Positions 15,380-29,830 of a stretch of DNA of 64,000 nucleotides are shown piece by piece. The notes beneath the pieces are model-generated. The model saw only the letters and a program-made list of their open reading frames with translations, did no database searches and was not told the origin of the DNA. Within the stretch, counting starts at the first letter, position 1. Each line of letters begins with the position of its first letter. The stretch is from the human T2T-CHM13v2.0 reference genome, Homo sapiens. The translations under genes were made by a program, and so were the position numbers. Location of the stretch: NCBI GenBank assembly GCA_009914755.4, contig CP068257.2, positions 20,864,001-20,928,000 on the forward strand, given 5' to 3'.

Positions 15380-16530
15380 AATGAATATATCAAAATTCAG
15401 AATAAGAATAAAATACATGAAAAATGGTAGTTAAAATGTTAAATATAGTTTAAAGCTTAACATCAGTAATCATCAGATAAATGCAAATTAAAACTACTAT
15501 GAGATAGGCCAGGCACAGTGGCTCACGCCTGTAGTCCCAGCACTTTGGGAGGCCGAGGCAGGCAGATCATGAGGTCAAGAGTTTGAGACCAGCCTGGCCA
15601 ATATGGTGAAACCCCGTCTCTACTAAAAATACAAAAATTAGCCAGATGTGGTGGTGCACGCCTGTAGTCCTAGCTACTTGGGAGGCTGAGGCAGAATTGC
15701 TTGAAACTGGGATGCAGAGGTTGTAGTGAGCCAAAATCATGCCACTACACGCCATCCAGCCTGGGTGACAGAGTGAGACTTCGTCTCAAAAACAAAAACA
15801 AAAACAAAAAACTACAATGAGCTATTGTCTTACACCAGTCAGGGTTGCTATTATTAAAAAAAAAATAACAGATGTTGGCAAGAATAAAGACAAAAGGGAA
15901 CACTTATACACTGTTGGTAAAAATGTGAATTAATTCAACATCTGAGAAAGAGAATAAGCAGATTTCTCAAAAAATTAAAAATAAAACTACCTTTTGACCC
16001 AGCAATAACACTCCCAGGTATCTACCCAATGGAGAATAAATTGTTGTATCAAAAAGACCACTACACTTGAATGTTTATCAAAGCACTATTCACAATAAAA
16101 AGATATGGAATCAACCTAAGTGTCCATCAATGGGTGACTGGATAAGGAAAATGTGGTATACATACAGAATGAAATACTACCCAGCCAACAAAAAGAATGT
16201 CTTTTGCAGCAACATTGATAGAACTGGAGGCCATTATCGTAAGTGAAATAAGCGTAGAAAGCCAAATACTGCATATTCTCACTTATAAGTGAGTGCTAAA
16301 TAATATATACACATGGACATAGAGTGTGGACAATCGAGACTTGGAAGGGTGAAGGAGTTGGAGGAAGGTGAATAATGAGAAATTACTTAATGAGCAAAAT
16401 GTACATTATTCAGGTGGTGTCTGAAAAGCCCAGAGTTCACCACCATGTAATATATCCATGTAACAAAATTATACTTGTATCCCTCAAATTTTAAAAATAA
16501 AAAATATAAATTAAAAATAAATAAAATAGT
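15380..16530 (+). mobile_element. LINE-1 3' end (older L1, 3'UTR), interrupted by Alu; probably extends upstream to ~14640 as degenerate L1M
   Basis: …catcagataaatgcaaattaaaactactatgag [Alu] ctacaatgagctattgtcttacaccagtcagggttgctattattaaaaa… through …catgtaacaaaattatacttgtatccctcaaattttaaaaataaaaaa, collinear with L1 3' end consensus. Confidence 0.8.
15507..15811 (+). mobile_element. Alu nested in L1 3'UTR; TSD aactac[t/a]atgag
   Basis: ggccaggcacagtggctcacgcctgtagtcccagc…gagacttcgtctcaaaaacaaaaacaaaaacaaaaa; L1 sequence aaactactatgag duplicated either side. Confidence 0.95.
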
Positions 16531-16841
16531 TTACAATGTTAACTAAAAGGCAAAGATTGTAAAATTGGAGGAAAAAACAATGTATATTCTATCTACATAT
16601 AATTCAAACTATAAAGGTATAAACATTAAAAACTAATTAACGAAAAATGATGCATTGTGGTCACACTAATCAAAATAAACCAAGAATGGTATATCAATAT
16701 TAGACAAACTACATTCAGAACAAGAAACACACGGAACTACCTAAAGCTATAAAACCAGCAACTATAATTACACATAGTAAATATTGGATTTAATTGTAAA
16801 TTTTAAAAAAATCTTTCTTCTATAATCAGGAATAAGTCAAG

Positions 16842-16912
16842 AATATTTGCTTACACCATGTCTGTTAACATTTGTAAGCAAGAATATTTGCTTACAACAT
16901 GTCTGTTAACAT
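16842..16912. repeat. 39-bp tandem duplication x2
   Basis: gaatatttgcttacaccatgtctgttaacatt / gaatatttgcttacaacatgtctgttaacatt. Confidence 0.7.
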
Positions 16913-17214
16913 TCCTGTACTTCCTTATTTGTTGGCCAATTGTTTCATTGCATTATCAAATTTGTAAAATAGTTTGTGGTCTTCTCACTGGAAGATAAGA
17001 AAGCGACAAAACTACACTCTTTGGTATCTTTGTAAGAATTGAATTACAATTGCATAGTTAAAGTAGTGTTTATAGGGATACTTGTGGAATATGACACATA
17101 TTTGGAAGGAAGAACAGTCTGACATCAATGATTGAGGCTTCCCTATAATAAGCTAGAGAAAAAATGAAGAGAGAAGAACAAATTTAACAAATTGTGAGGA
17201 ATAAAATAGAGGCC
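16912..17214 (+). repeat. Local segmental duplication, copy 1 (303 bp)
   Basis: ttcctgtacttccttatttgttggccaattgtttcattgc…gaggaataaaatagaggcc; ~99% identical to 17797-18100. Confidence 0.9.
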
Positions 17215-17796
17215 TGGACTCTCTACTCAGTGCAATAATACAAGAAAAATAAACAAAAGTTACACCTAATGAAAAAGAAAATGCAATTTTTGGATACATA
17301 ATCAAAACATTAAGAATTATCTTACTGTAGATTATAAAGGTATAGGAAACAAAAAAATGTAGAACTCATTTAAAACTTCTCATTTATTTGTAAGAAACTT
17401 ATCAGTACTCTGTAAATTGTGCTGGTCTTCTTATTCTTGTGATATACATTACAATATAGACCAAGTATGTTTTCTATATTGAGGCAACATACATCGTTTT
17501 AAGTTTGGATCAGCCTTCAACAATTTATTCATTGTATTTTTATGAAAATTTGTTCATTTGATATCTGAGAATGTTTAATTGGAAGTTTTTTTTGCTAGCG
17601 TCATTTTCTTTGGGACTTCTTTATCCTTTTGGTAACAACCATTTTTTTTCAATTATGTTGACAATTTCATCTTCAGTATGTTCCTTTAAATGCATATCTA
17701 GAATCTCTCAAATGGTGACAGTCTCAACATTCCCATGAGCACCAATTTTCTACCTGCATTCAATTTTTTTCTTTTATTATTGTTTTTATTTTTCAT

Positions 17797-18100
17797 TTCC
17801 TGTACTTCCTTATTTGTTGGCCAATTGTTTCATTGCATTATCAAATTTGTAAAATAGTTTGTGGTCTTCTCACTGGAAGATAAGAAAGCGACAATACTAC
17901 ACTCTTTGGTATCTTTGTAAGAATTGAATTACAATTGCATAGTTAAAGTAGTGTTTATAGGGATACTTGTGGAATATGACACATATTTGGAAGGAAGAAC
18001 AGTCTGACATCAATGATTGGGGCTTCCCTATAATAAGCTAGAGAAAAAATGAAGAGAGAAGAACAAATTTAACAAATTGTGAGGAATAAAATAAGAGGCC
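17797..18100 (+). repeat. Local segmental duplication, copy 2 (304 bp; 2 substitutions + 1-bp indel vs copy 1)
   Basis: same sequence as copy 1; differences: aaaactacac/aatactacac, gattgaggc/gattggggc, aaaataga/aaaataaga. Confidence 0.9.
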
Positions 18101-18111
18101 ATCACCTAACA

Positions 18112-18428
18112 CAGGGGTCTCCAACCCTTGGGCCATAGACTAGTCCCAGTCCATGGCTTGTTAGTAACCGCGCCGTGTAGCAGGAGGTAAGCAGCAGGCC
18201 AGGAACAAAGCTGAGTTCCCTCTCCTGACAGATCAGCAGTGGCATTAGATTCTCATAAGAGCCCAAACCCTATTGTGAGCTGCACATGCAAGGGATCTAG
18301 GTTGTGCGCTCCTTATGAGAATCTAATGATAAATGTAATGTGCTTGAGTCATGCCAAGACCACCCCTGCATTAATGGAAAAGTTGTCTTCCACTAAAGCG
18401 GCCCCTGATGAGGAAAGGCGAGGACCAC
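18112..18428. mobile_element. Palindromic nonautonomous DNA-transposon-like element (MITE-like; family not assigned)
   Basis: caggggtctccaacccttgggccatagac… terminus; perfect 16-nt internal inverted repeat attagattctcataag (18244-18259) / cttatgagaatctaat (18312-18327); resembles a known human palindromic DNA-transposon consensus. Confidence 0.6.
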
Positions 18429-18449
18429 TAACCAACAGACACTAAAATT

Positions 18450-19860
18450 ATTTTTCAAATAATTTAAGAAAGACTTTCCATGCATAAATTTGGCATGATA
18501 GAAAATTAAGTTAACTTGAAAACATAACTAAGCAAAGTACACTCATGAGAAGATAACACAAAAATGTTCACCTATAAAAGGACTGAAAATGTATTAATAA
18601 AAAAAAAAACTTGCTACAAAGATAATATAAACTATATTCAAATAACCCTCAGGGAGATAGATGCAAATTCCTACTCAAATCTTGGCAAATTAAATACAGT
18701 AATATTTTTAAATTATCATTAATAAACATAAGTGGAGTTTATCCCTTTTTATATGATTGGCCAGTTCAATTTAATGTATTAATAGACTAAAAAAGACAAA
18801 AGTGTTTGGTTATTTTATAATTTAACAAAATTTTACCTGTAAAATCCATCAATATTTAAAAATTAAACAACAGTCTTCTAGATAACATATTGGTCAAAGA
18901 AAAAGCTACAAGGGATATTTACAAAATACTTAGAATACAATATACCAAATTTGAGTGCAGATAAAGCAATGGTTTGAGGAAAATGTATAACATTAGCACA
19001 CATACTATTACTACTAAAAAAAATTAATCAACAAATTAATTTTTCTAACTGAAGAAAATAGAAAAAGAGTAAGTAAATTCAAAGCTATAAGAATAAATAA
19101 TAAAAAAAGAAAAGGTAATTATGATTCAATTCAAAACAAAATAAAATATAGACCAAAATTAATGCAGGTAAGTATTCATTTCTGAGATTTTAAAATTGAC
19201 AAGTCTTTTTCCATATTGATGAAGACAAAAAGGGAATAGATACAAATAATATCATGAATGATATAAGGGATATCAACTCAGATTACTGAGCCTGTAAAAT
19301 TATAGTAAGGAAAGTTTTGTCAATAAATTTAACAAATTCAAAAATGTACAAATTTTTTAAATGTCATATACTATTGTAGTAAATCAGATAGAAGTCACCT
19401 TACTATTCAAGTTTCTATTAAAATAATCATTAAATTTTTATGAGAGTGAAAATGCAGTATCAGAGTACTTTACTGATTAGTTTCATCCTACATTTAAAGA
19501 ATAAAAGAATACACAAATTTTATATAAGCTCTTCCAGGAAACAGAGGAGGAAAACATATTTGTCAGCTTATTATATGATGCTCTCAATATATTAATACTA
19601 GAAAAAGGCAAACCATGGCAAGAAAACAAATGCAAAAATGCTTAATAAATATTAGCAAATCAAATTTAGCAATATAAATAACATGTCATTATTTGGGTGA
19701 GGTGGAGATAATCCCAAGCATGCAACATTGATTCAACATTCAAAAATTAACTTATTTTATTTGTAGCATCAATTTAGTAAACAAAATATATAAACATATA
19801 AATAGATATAGAAAATTAACTTTATAAAATTTAACATTTATTATCTGAAAAATAAGAAAT
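18450..19860 (+). mobile_element. Degenerate ancient L1 (L1M-type) ORF2-derived sequence
   Basis: AT-rich sequence collinear with L1 ORF2 5' half (…ttatttgggtgaggtggagataatcccaagcatgcaacattgattcaacat… ~ ttcatccctgggatgcaaggatggttcaacat…). Confidence 0.55.
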
Positions 19861-20126
19861 TAAAGGAACTTTCTTATATTTTTCTTTTCAGGATAGGGTA
19901 TTCTTGGTTGGCATTTTTGTTTTTCCTTCAGCATTTTGTATATGTCATCCCACTCCCTCAGGGCCTGGAAGAATTTAGATGAGAAATATGCTTCCAGGTA
20001 TATCAGAGCTTTTTCATATGTTATTTGCTTACTTGTGCCTCTTCTCTTCCTCCTTTCAGGATCCCTTTTTTCTCTTGACCATTGAGGTGACCTTTGATCT
20101 ACAACAACTAATGAATCAGAAGACAT
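19860..20126 (-). pseudogene. L1 ORF1 remnant (antisense)
   Basis: 88-aa ORF …FQALREWDDIYKMLKEKQKCQPRIPYPEKK… matches L1 ORF1p C-terminal region …LQARREWGPIFNILKEKNFQPRISYPAKL…. Confidence 0.7.
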
Positions 20127-21043
20127 ATATGTATTTTATAAATAATGCTTTCAGGCGTTGGGAAGAGAATTTCTTTCAGTCATCCCTAAAATGTGACTGT
20201 CTAGGAATTATGCTGATTACAATGGGATATTTTTAAGAAGCTTTCTTTTCCATCATGTCCACCTCTACATTTTGAAATCACAGTAAATAAGTTAGTGACA
20301 CCCTCTGAGGCACAGGAAAATTGATAAATTGAGGAATAATAGAAAAAAGAATAATAATATTAATAATATATTAATAATATAGGTTTATCCTAAAATGTTT
20401 TTGTGTAAACATGGTATAATCTTTTTTAAAAAATAAAATTTATCCAAAAACAGTTCATAACTTGCTTCTAGAAGATAAGGTCAACAATTACATATAAGGT
20501 CTTTTAATGTCCACTCCTCAGTTTAATGCAATTGTGTTTACTATCATTATTTTTAACATGACTTTTAAATGAAATTATGTTTATTATAATAAATATAAGA
20601 AATTTATAAAAATAAAAGAGTGAAATACACTGTCACATAATATTACACTATCAAAAATAACTTTTAAACAAAGTAACTTTTTTTTATTATCCTTTAAGTT
20701 CTAGGGTACATGTACACAACGTGCAGGTTTGTTACATATGTATACGTGTGCCATGTTGGTGTGCTGCACCCATTAACTCATCATTTACATTAGGTATATC
20801 TCCTAATGCTATCCCTCCCCACTTCCCCCACCCCATGACAGGCCCCAGTGTGTGACGTTCCCCTTCCTGTGTCCAAGTGTTCTCATTGTTCGTTTCCCAC
20901 CTATGAGTGAGAACATGTGGTGTTTGGTTTTCTGTCCTTGTAATAGTTTGCTCAGAATGATGGTTTCCAGCTTCATCCATGTCACTGCAAAGGACATGAA
21001 CTCACCCTTTTTATGGCTGCATAGTATTCCATGGTGTATAGTG

Positions 21044-22734
<1,691 letters not shown>

Positions 22735-23288
22735 ACAAAGTAACTATTTTAAATATGCCAGCAAATATCTGTACAGATAATAGATTGTCCAGAGGAGCTA
22801 TTGCTCAAAACTCTCTGGAATTTTAGTCTTTTTCCCAAATAATGGGGTTAATGAAAACTTTAACTCATTCCCATGAAGGAATAAAATGGATACATGAACA
22901 CCATGAACAATATAAGATGACTGCTGCATAATCAACCCCAGTTGTTTAGTGCACCCCTTTGCAACACTAATGGAAGCTACCATAGGCCCCAAAGTATTTT
23001 AGCTATTGTCTAAATAGTAGACTTAAGGAATTTTTTTTAAAAAGAGATCTGAAGTTGAAATACAGTAAATTTTATTAAAGTACCTAAGAATGTCTGAAAG
23101 CCTCCTAAAAGAAAATATGTGTTCAAAGATTAACCAAATGGAAGAGATTACTCTCTATGTGATAGTAGTTCCAGTCAATATGCAGTCTTATTGATTTAAA
23201 CAAAGGCAAAGAAAAACACAAATTTATTTTAATGTCTAAAAATTCTTCTCTGAATATCACTGAATATTAAATCATAGAATGTTAGGCT

Positions 23289-23637
<349 letters not shown>

Positions 23638-24707
23638 TTACTGAACTTTAACTCTTAGCAAGGACTAAATTATTTCTCTCAATTTAGAGAAATAGAATTA
23701 TAACCTATATTTCCTAACTCCAAGTTAGTGCTCTTCTAAAAACAATTGAGTAAACGGTTTTATCTTTCCGTTTCTGCCTGAGTTAAACTGACTTACAAAT
23801 TATATGATTAACATATGTGAAACACATATAATAAATCTACATTTATGTAAAGACAACATTCTTCTTTACCAATTCCATTCTTAGAGAACACTGGAAAACT
23901 TCGATGAAGAATGACTTTCCCTTTAGCCTTTAAGTCATTTAAATTTAGTGAATGCATTCACTATTATATTCCCAACATAAACGGCATAATCTTTCTCATC
24001 TCTGTTTTATTCCTCGTTGCCCATATGTAATTGACTAAACTGAAATTAGTACAGCAAATTTTTCTTCAGTTTGTTGAAGTTGCAAACATTGATTCTTGAA
24101 CTAACAGCATTTTTTATAATAATGATATAGGTAAAGATCAGCATCATTAGACTATGGAGCAGAGTTGCCTGAACATTCGTGGAAAAAAATAAATTGAAAG
24201 TGGTTATTACAACTATCCTCACTACACTTCCTTGAAAATACACAGGATATCTATTGCAAACTTGGATACAAACCATTACTCTGCTATTAAACAATATTAG
24301 TCTAAATATCTATAGTTTAACACAGTTATTGCCTCATTATACAGGATGTTGATCTTATATAGTGTAGAGTTCAACTGTTTTTCTATTGCAAAAATGAAAC
24401 ATACCTTACAACTTCAAAAGGCAAAATATACTGTATTAAAAGGAATTAAATCTTTGAAAAAATGAAAGCTGATATGATAAATGATGCTGTCTACTAAAAT
24501 CATCAGAATAACTAAAATAATTAGTCTCATCACAGAAGCAAGAGTCATTTCAAAAAGAATAACTATTACTCAAACACTTTAAAATATTGATAATTGTTAT
24601 AATTACCAATGAATCATTCAAAATATACATTGTTCCTAAGATAAAATTCTTGTTAATTTATTTGAGGCACTAATTCATAAATATACTGAACAAAAATGTA
24701 AAGATTA

Positions 24708-25110
24708 TAATATGGTTTGGAGGTTTGCCTCATCGAAATCTCATGTTGAGATGTGATTCCCAGTTTTGGAGGTGGGGCCTGGTGGGAGGTGTTGAATCAT
24801 AGGAGTGGATTCTCCATGAAATGCCTAACATCATTCTCTTGGTGATAAATGAGTTCTCATTCTGAGTTCACACAAGATACGGTTGTGTATAAAGAGGTCT
24901 CTCTTGCTCCCTCTCTCACTATGGGATGTGCCCGGGGCCCTTTTACCTTTGGCCATGATTATAAGCTTCTTGAAGCCTTCACCAGAAGCACATGCTGGCT
25001 TCACACTTCCTGTACAGCCTGCAGAACCATAAGCCAATTTAATTTTTTTCTCTATAAGTTATCCAGCCTCAAGTATTCCTTTATAGCAATGCAAATGGAC
25101 TAAAACAGAT
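24708..25110 (+). mobile_element. MaLR LTR, THE1/MST-type
   Basis: taatatggtttggaggtttgcctcatcgaaatctcatgttgagatgtgattcccag…ggaggtgttgaatcatagg…ttatccagcctcaagtattcctttatagcaatgcaaatggactaaaacag parallels THE1 consensus. Confidence 0.8.
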
Positions 25111-25397
25111 TGTGTTGTGATTTTTTTACACTCATAAACATTGCTGAAATTTGTGGCATAATTTAAATGATTTTAATGATATTACAAGTGGTCATTAAGC
25201 CATTTTAATTTTCCATCTATAATGAAAGATAAAAAGATCTGTAGCAGATATATCATGAAAGTATCAAAAGAGTCTTAAAAACTGAAGTATTTCTTGTATA
25301 TATGGGGTTCATGAATATTAATACAAAAATGAAAATATTTCTTCCCATACCTGTTTATTAAATTTAAAAAACTGTATATATTTCAAATATGAATGGT

Positions 25398-25785
25398 ATT
25401 ATGGATTGAACTGTGTCACCCAAGGAAAGATACTTTGAAATCCTAAGCTCCAGCATTTCAGAATGTGGACTTATTGGAAATATAATTATCGCAGATGTGA
25501 TTAGTTAAGATGAGGTTATACAGAAGTAGTGTGGACCCTAATCCAATATGATTGTTATCCTTATAAGAAAACTGCAGTAAAAACAGACACGCTGAGGCAG
25601 AACGCTATGTGATGTTGAAGGCAGAGACTGAAGGCAGCTGCAAGCGAAGGAACATCCAAGATTGCCTGAAAACCACCAGAAGCTAGAAAAAGGCAGGGAA
25701 AGATTTTCCTACAGGTTTCAGAGGGGAGTATGTCTCACCCATCCCCTTGATTTTGGACTTCTAGCCTCCAGAAAAGGAAACAATA
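25398..25785 (+). mobile_element. MaLR LTR, MLT1-type (5' part, interrupted by Alu)
   Basis: …ctgtgtcacccaaggaaagatactttgaaatcctaagc…ggaccctaatccaatatgattgttatccttataagaaaa…cttgattttggacttctagcctccagaa. Confidence 0.7.
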
Positions 25786-26091
25786 TTTTTTATTTTATTT
25801 TTTGTTTGTTTGTTTGTTTTTGAGACAGAGTCTAGCTCTGTCACCCAGGCTGGAGTGCAATGGCACCATCTCTGCTTACTGCAACCTTCACCTCCCAGGT
25901 TCAAGCAATTCTCTGCCTTAGCCTCCTGAGTACCTGGGACTACAGGTGCCCGCAACCACACCTGGCTATTTTTTTTTGTATTTTTAGTAGAGACGGGGTT
26001 TCACCATCTTGGCCAGGCTGGTCTTGAACTCCTGACCTTGTGATCTGCTTGCCTCGGCCTCCCAAAGTGCTGGGATTACAGGCGTGAGCCA
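25786..26091 (-). mobile_element. Alu antisense nested in MLT1 LTR; TSD ttttttatt
   Basis: T-rich tail + gagacagagtctagctctgtcacccaggctggagtgcaatgg…ggcgtgagcca; host sequence ttttttatt on both sides. Confidence 0.9.
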
Positions 26092-26136
26092 TTTTTTATT
26101 GTTTTATGACACCCACATTGTTATAGCAGCACCTGG
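26092..26136 (+). mobile_element. MLT1-type LTR 3' terminus (continuation after Alu)
   Basis: ttttttattgttttatgacacccacattgttatagcagcacc ~ MLT1 …tgttgtttaagccacccagtctatggtattttgttatagcagcc. Confidence 0.7.
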
Positions 26137-28899
26137 AAATTAATTCAAATTGTATTTTCGTATTTTCAGCTTTCAAGGAGACTATGAAATTGGAAGAAAG
26201 AAAAGTGATCCCAAATTACAATCACTGATAGATATATAATGTACAAATAATATTAAAATATTTATCTGATGCTTATATATGTGTGTTTGTCAACAATAAA
26301 TACATTTATTTGCTGTTTTTTTTAGACAGGCATTCAAGCTAGGCATCTACTCTGATAAGAATACCATATTTCTAGTACTTTCAGTAGCATGTGACTACAT
26401 TGTCAGGTTGAAAGTGAAGGAATTGCTATGGAAGTGATTGGTAGATCTTCTAAAGAGATGCCCATCTCTTTACTTTGTAATCAGACTGACATTGACTTTG
26501 TATAATGTGGCCATTCTTGTCCTTCAGAGCTACCTTTGTGCATGTGCTTTTGAAATATCACCTACAGCTTCAATAGTCCCCAGTTTCTATCTCTACCTCA
26601 GATCTCTCTCCTAATGACAAGACATGAAAATTGATTGTCTAACTGATATCTTCTCTTTTTTGTCTCAAACACCTCTCAAAATCAACAAGATCAAAGTCAA
26701 ACTCTAGATTACAATACCGCCCTTTTTCTTCTTCAATGTATCTGCCTTTTCTATTTCTCAGGTCATGAACCAATAAATGAGTTCTCTATTTCTTCTACTT
26801 CAAACTTTCCATCTGAAATCTATTAAGAGATACTATTGGCCTAATCTGAAAATACATCCAAAATCTACCTACTTCTACAACTAGTACCATCCACCATTAT
26901 TTTTCTTCTGAAAAATTACAGTATTCTCTGAATAAGTATTTCTACTTCTTCCTTTGCCCCTTGTGTATTCTCAACATAGTCATCAGAATGAGCCTTTAAA
27001 ATACAAGGGAGAGGTCTTTCAGTCTGGGAAAGATGGCATATATTCATCTCTCTCTGTCTCCACTACATAAAATGACAAATCCTGGAACCAATGCAAAAGA
27101 GAAGCAAAGGAAAACTCCAAACATTGGAAAGAAAAAGGCAGAATAGTTAGGGACCCCAAACATGAAGGAGGGGTATCTTACATTTGCTGGTCTAATATTT
27201 TATATTAAAGACTGTCAACAGAAAGTAGTCCATGTATGCTCATTCCTCCCTGAATTGAAGGGGAGTCAAGCCCATGACATGAGGAAAGTACAGCAGTATT
27301 GACAAGGGAGAGCAATTGTATGCCCCACTAAAAATAAATGGACAGCCATAAGATCTTTCCTTAGCCAGGCTTAAAGTTCCCTCCCCAGTCTAGGGGACCC
27401 AAGGCTGGGTGTCATCCTCACCACAAGTGCCTGGCCTTCAGCCTTTTTTTCTCTCTGCATTCTGGAGACTCTGTTCCTCAATGTAGACACAACAGGCTTT
27501 CAGGCCTGGGGAGGTGATATCTGTCTTCCTGAGCAGCACCAGCAAGAGCTAGGAGACCAACAGGAGCCCAAAAGCATAAGATAACACAAGCACATCAAAA
27601 TAGTATTACACTGCATCTGAAACTAAGGTTGCTGTTGGAAACACAGCTCCCCAAAATAGGCTAGGACCTGTATAATAAGCCTAAGAAAAATGATTTTTCA
27701 CAAACAAGAGTTAAATAAACAGTAATCAGAATCTCCTGACTCAATAGCCAAAATATCAAGATCACAGTCAACGATCATCTATTGGAAGAGCCAAGATGGC
27801 CAAGATGGAAGAGCCTCTCATACTCAGAGACCAGACCACTAAGAAGACCTGCACAGTCCAAGATCTTCAGAAGGAAGGCACTGAGAATATACAGCCCAGG
27901 GAAGATGCAGACCCTGGGCTAAGGGAGAGAAAGCTGGGAACGCTTCACAGGGTTATCTAGCACTACAACTGATTCCTGGCTAACAGCAGCTGTGAGAAAA
28001 GGGGTGAGTTACACAGGCATGTAGTTGCCACTCTAGCCAAGAACCTCCACAATCTTAGACGCAGGAGATCCCATGCACCCCATGGACATTTGGGCTGGCC
28101 GAGAGAGCTGCTTGGAGAGTTGGCTGGGACAGGACTCTATCCTGTGCAGGACCCAGAGGGTTTGACAAACAAACAGCTGCAGTGGAACATGTCCAGGGAT
28201 ATCCATTTCCTAGGCTCACAATGCTCCTGTAGGTGGCTTTGACCTTTGTTGACTATCTGGACAGAACAGGGCTACCTTTCCAGTGAGATGGGGCCAGTCT
28301 GATCTGGGTGTCCCCCTGTCTGCTTTTCTAAGGGTCATGCCTGGTCACACCTGCTTACAGCGCAGCCTCTGATGTCCAAGCAGGGCACTTCCCAGGGACC
28401 ACCACAATAGCGCCTTTGGTGGTAAACCTTGTGTAACTGTCAGAGAGCTTCTGCAGTCAGGCCTGTGCTGGCAAACACTGACCATAGCATCCCCCAAATG
28501 TTTTGTCAGAACAAGGGTGTGGACCTCACTGCAGCTGCCCTGCTGCTACCACTGCATGTGTGTGAGCATGAACCCCACTGCCATTGCTCCAACAAAGTTG
28601 TTTTGCTGGCACCCCCTATTGGAATGTTGTTGGCAGCAGATCGAGAACATCTTGACCCCTCCAGTGCAGCAGATTCTTAATGTCACAGGGCCAGGGAACA
28701 AAGCTTTGGGCCTGGTTCCAACTCCCCAGGGTCAGAACAGGCCATCCATGGGTGCTGAGCTGAGCCTTGGCTCCCTAGTATTGGCCAGAAGTGAAGCCAG
28801 TCAACACAATCCAACTTATACTGTAGTCAAAACCTCAAGGGTATCCATGAATATATACATATAAAAAAGCCCCATTCAAAGAACATCAACTACAAACAC

Positions 28900-29830
28900 T
28901 AAAAGAACACTATTCCACAAAGATGAGAAAGAACCAGTGTAAGACCTCTGGCAACTCTAAAAGCTAGAATTTCTTCTTACTTCCAAATAACCACATTAAC
29001 TCCACAGAACTCTTTCCTTACCAGAATGAAATGTCTGGAAAGACAGACATAGAATTCAGAATCTGGATGACAACAAAGATCATCGAAATTCAGGAGAAGG
29101 TTGAAACCCAATCCAAGATATGTAAGAAATTCCATAAAATGATACAAGAGCTAAAAGATGAAATAGCCATTTGATGAAAGAAAGGAAAAAAAAATAGACC
29201 TGAGAGCTGAAAAACCCACTATAAGAATTTTATAATACAATCAGAAGTATTAGCAGCAGAATAGACAGACCAAGCTGAGGAAAGATTCTCAGAATTCAAA
29301 GACCTGTTCTTTGAATCAACTAAGTCAGACAAAAAGAAAGAAAAAAGAATGAACAAAACATCTGAGAAATATATGATTATGCAAAGAAACTAAACCTATG
29401 ACTCATTGGAGTCAAAGGAACTCACTGGAGTCAAAGGATCTAAACCTATGACTCATTGAAAGAGGGAGAGAGAGAACAAGCAACTTAGAAAACATATATT
29501 AAGATATCCTCTGTGAAAATTTCCCCAACCTTGCTAAAGAGATCCCCAGTGTGATACTACACAAGTCAAACCTTTTACAAGACTATGACTCAGCAGATTA
29601 TCCAAGGTCAACATGTTAAAAAAATATATTAAAGACAGTTGGAGAGTAGGGGCAGGTTATTTACAAATGGAACCCCATTAGGTTAACTACAGACCTTTCA
29701 GCAGAAACCCCAAAAGTCAACATCTTTAAATTAAAAAAAAAAAATTACCAAGAATTCCATATCTAGCCAAAGTAAGCTCTATAAGTGAATGAGAAATAAA
29801 ATTGTTTTCAGACAAACAAATGCTAAGGAC
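28900..29830 (+). pseudogene. L1 ORF1 remnant (multiple stops/frameshifts)
   Basis: collinear with L1 ORF1 (…atcctctgtgaaaatttccccaaccttgctaaagag…, …ggaaccccattaggttaactacagacctttcagcagaaaccc…); contains internal ~47-bp duplication ctaaacctatgactcattg…. Confidence 0.6.

Noticed and set aside
16912-18100. Direct repeats that could superficially suggest a CRISPR-like or tandem array
   Set aside because: There are only two copies, each 303 bp, 885 bp apart, in a primate genomic context with no short regular spacer-repeat periodicity. This is a segmental duplication, not a CRISPR array.
28429-28864. ORFs of 83 and 115 aa on the plus strand upstream of L1 ORF1
   Set aside because: They lie in the inferred GC-rich L1 5'UTR and overlap each other in different frames. 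They are chance ORFs typical of L1 5'UTRs.
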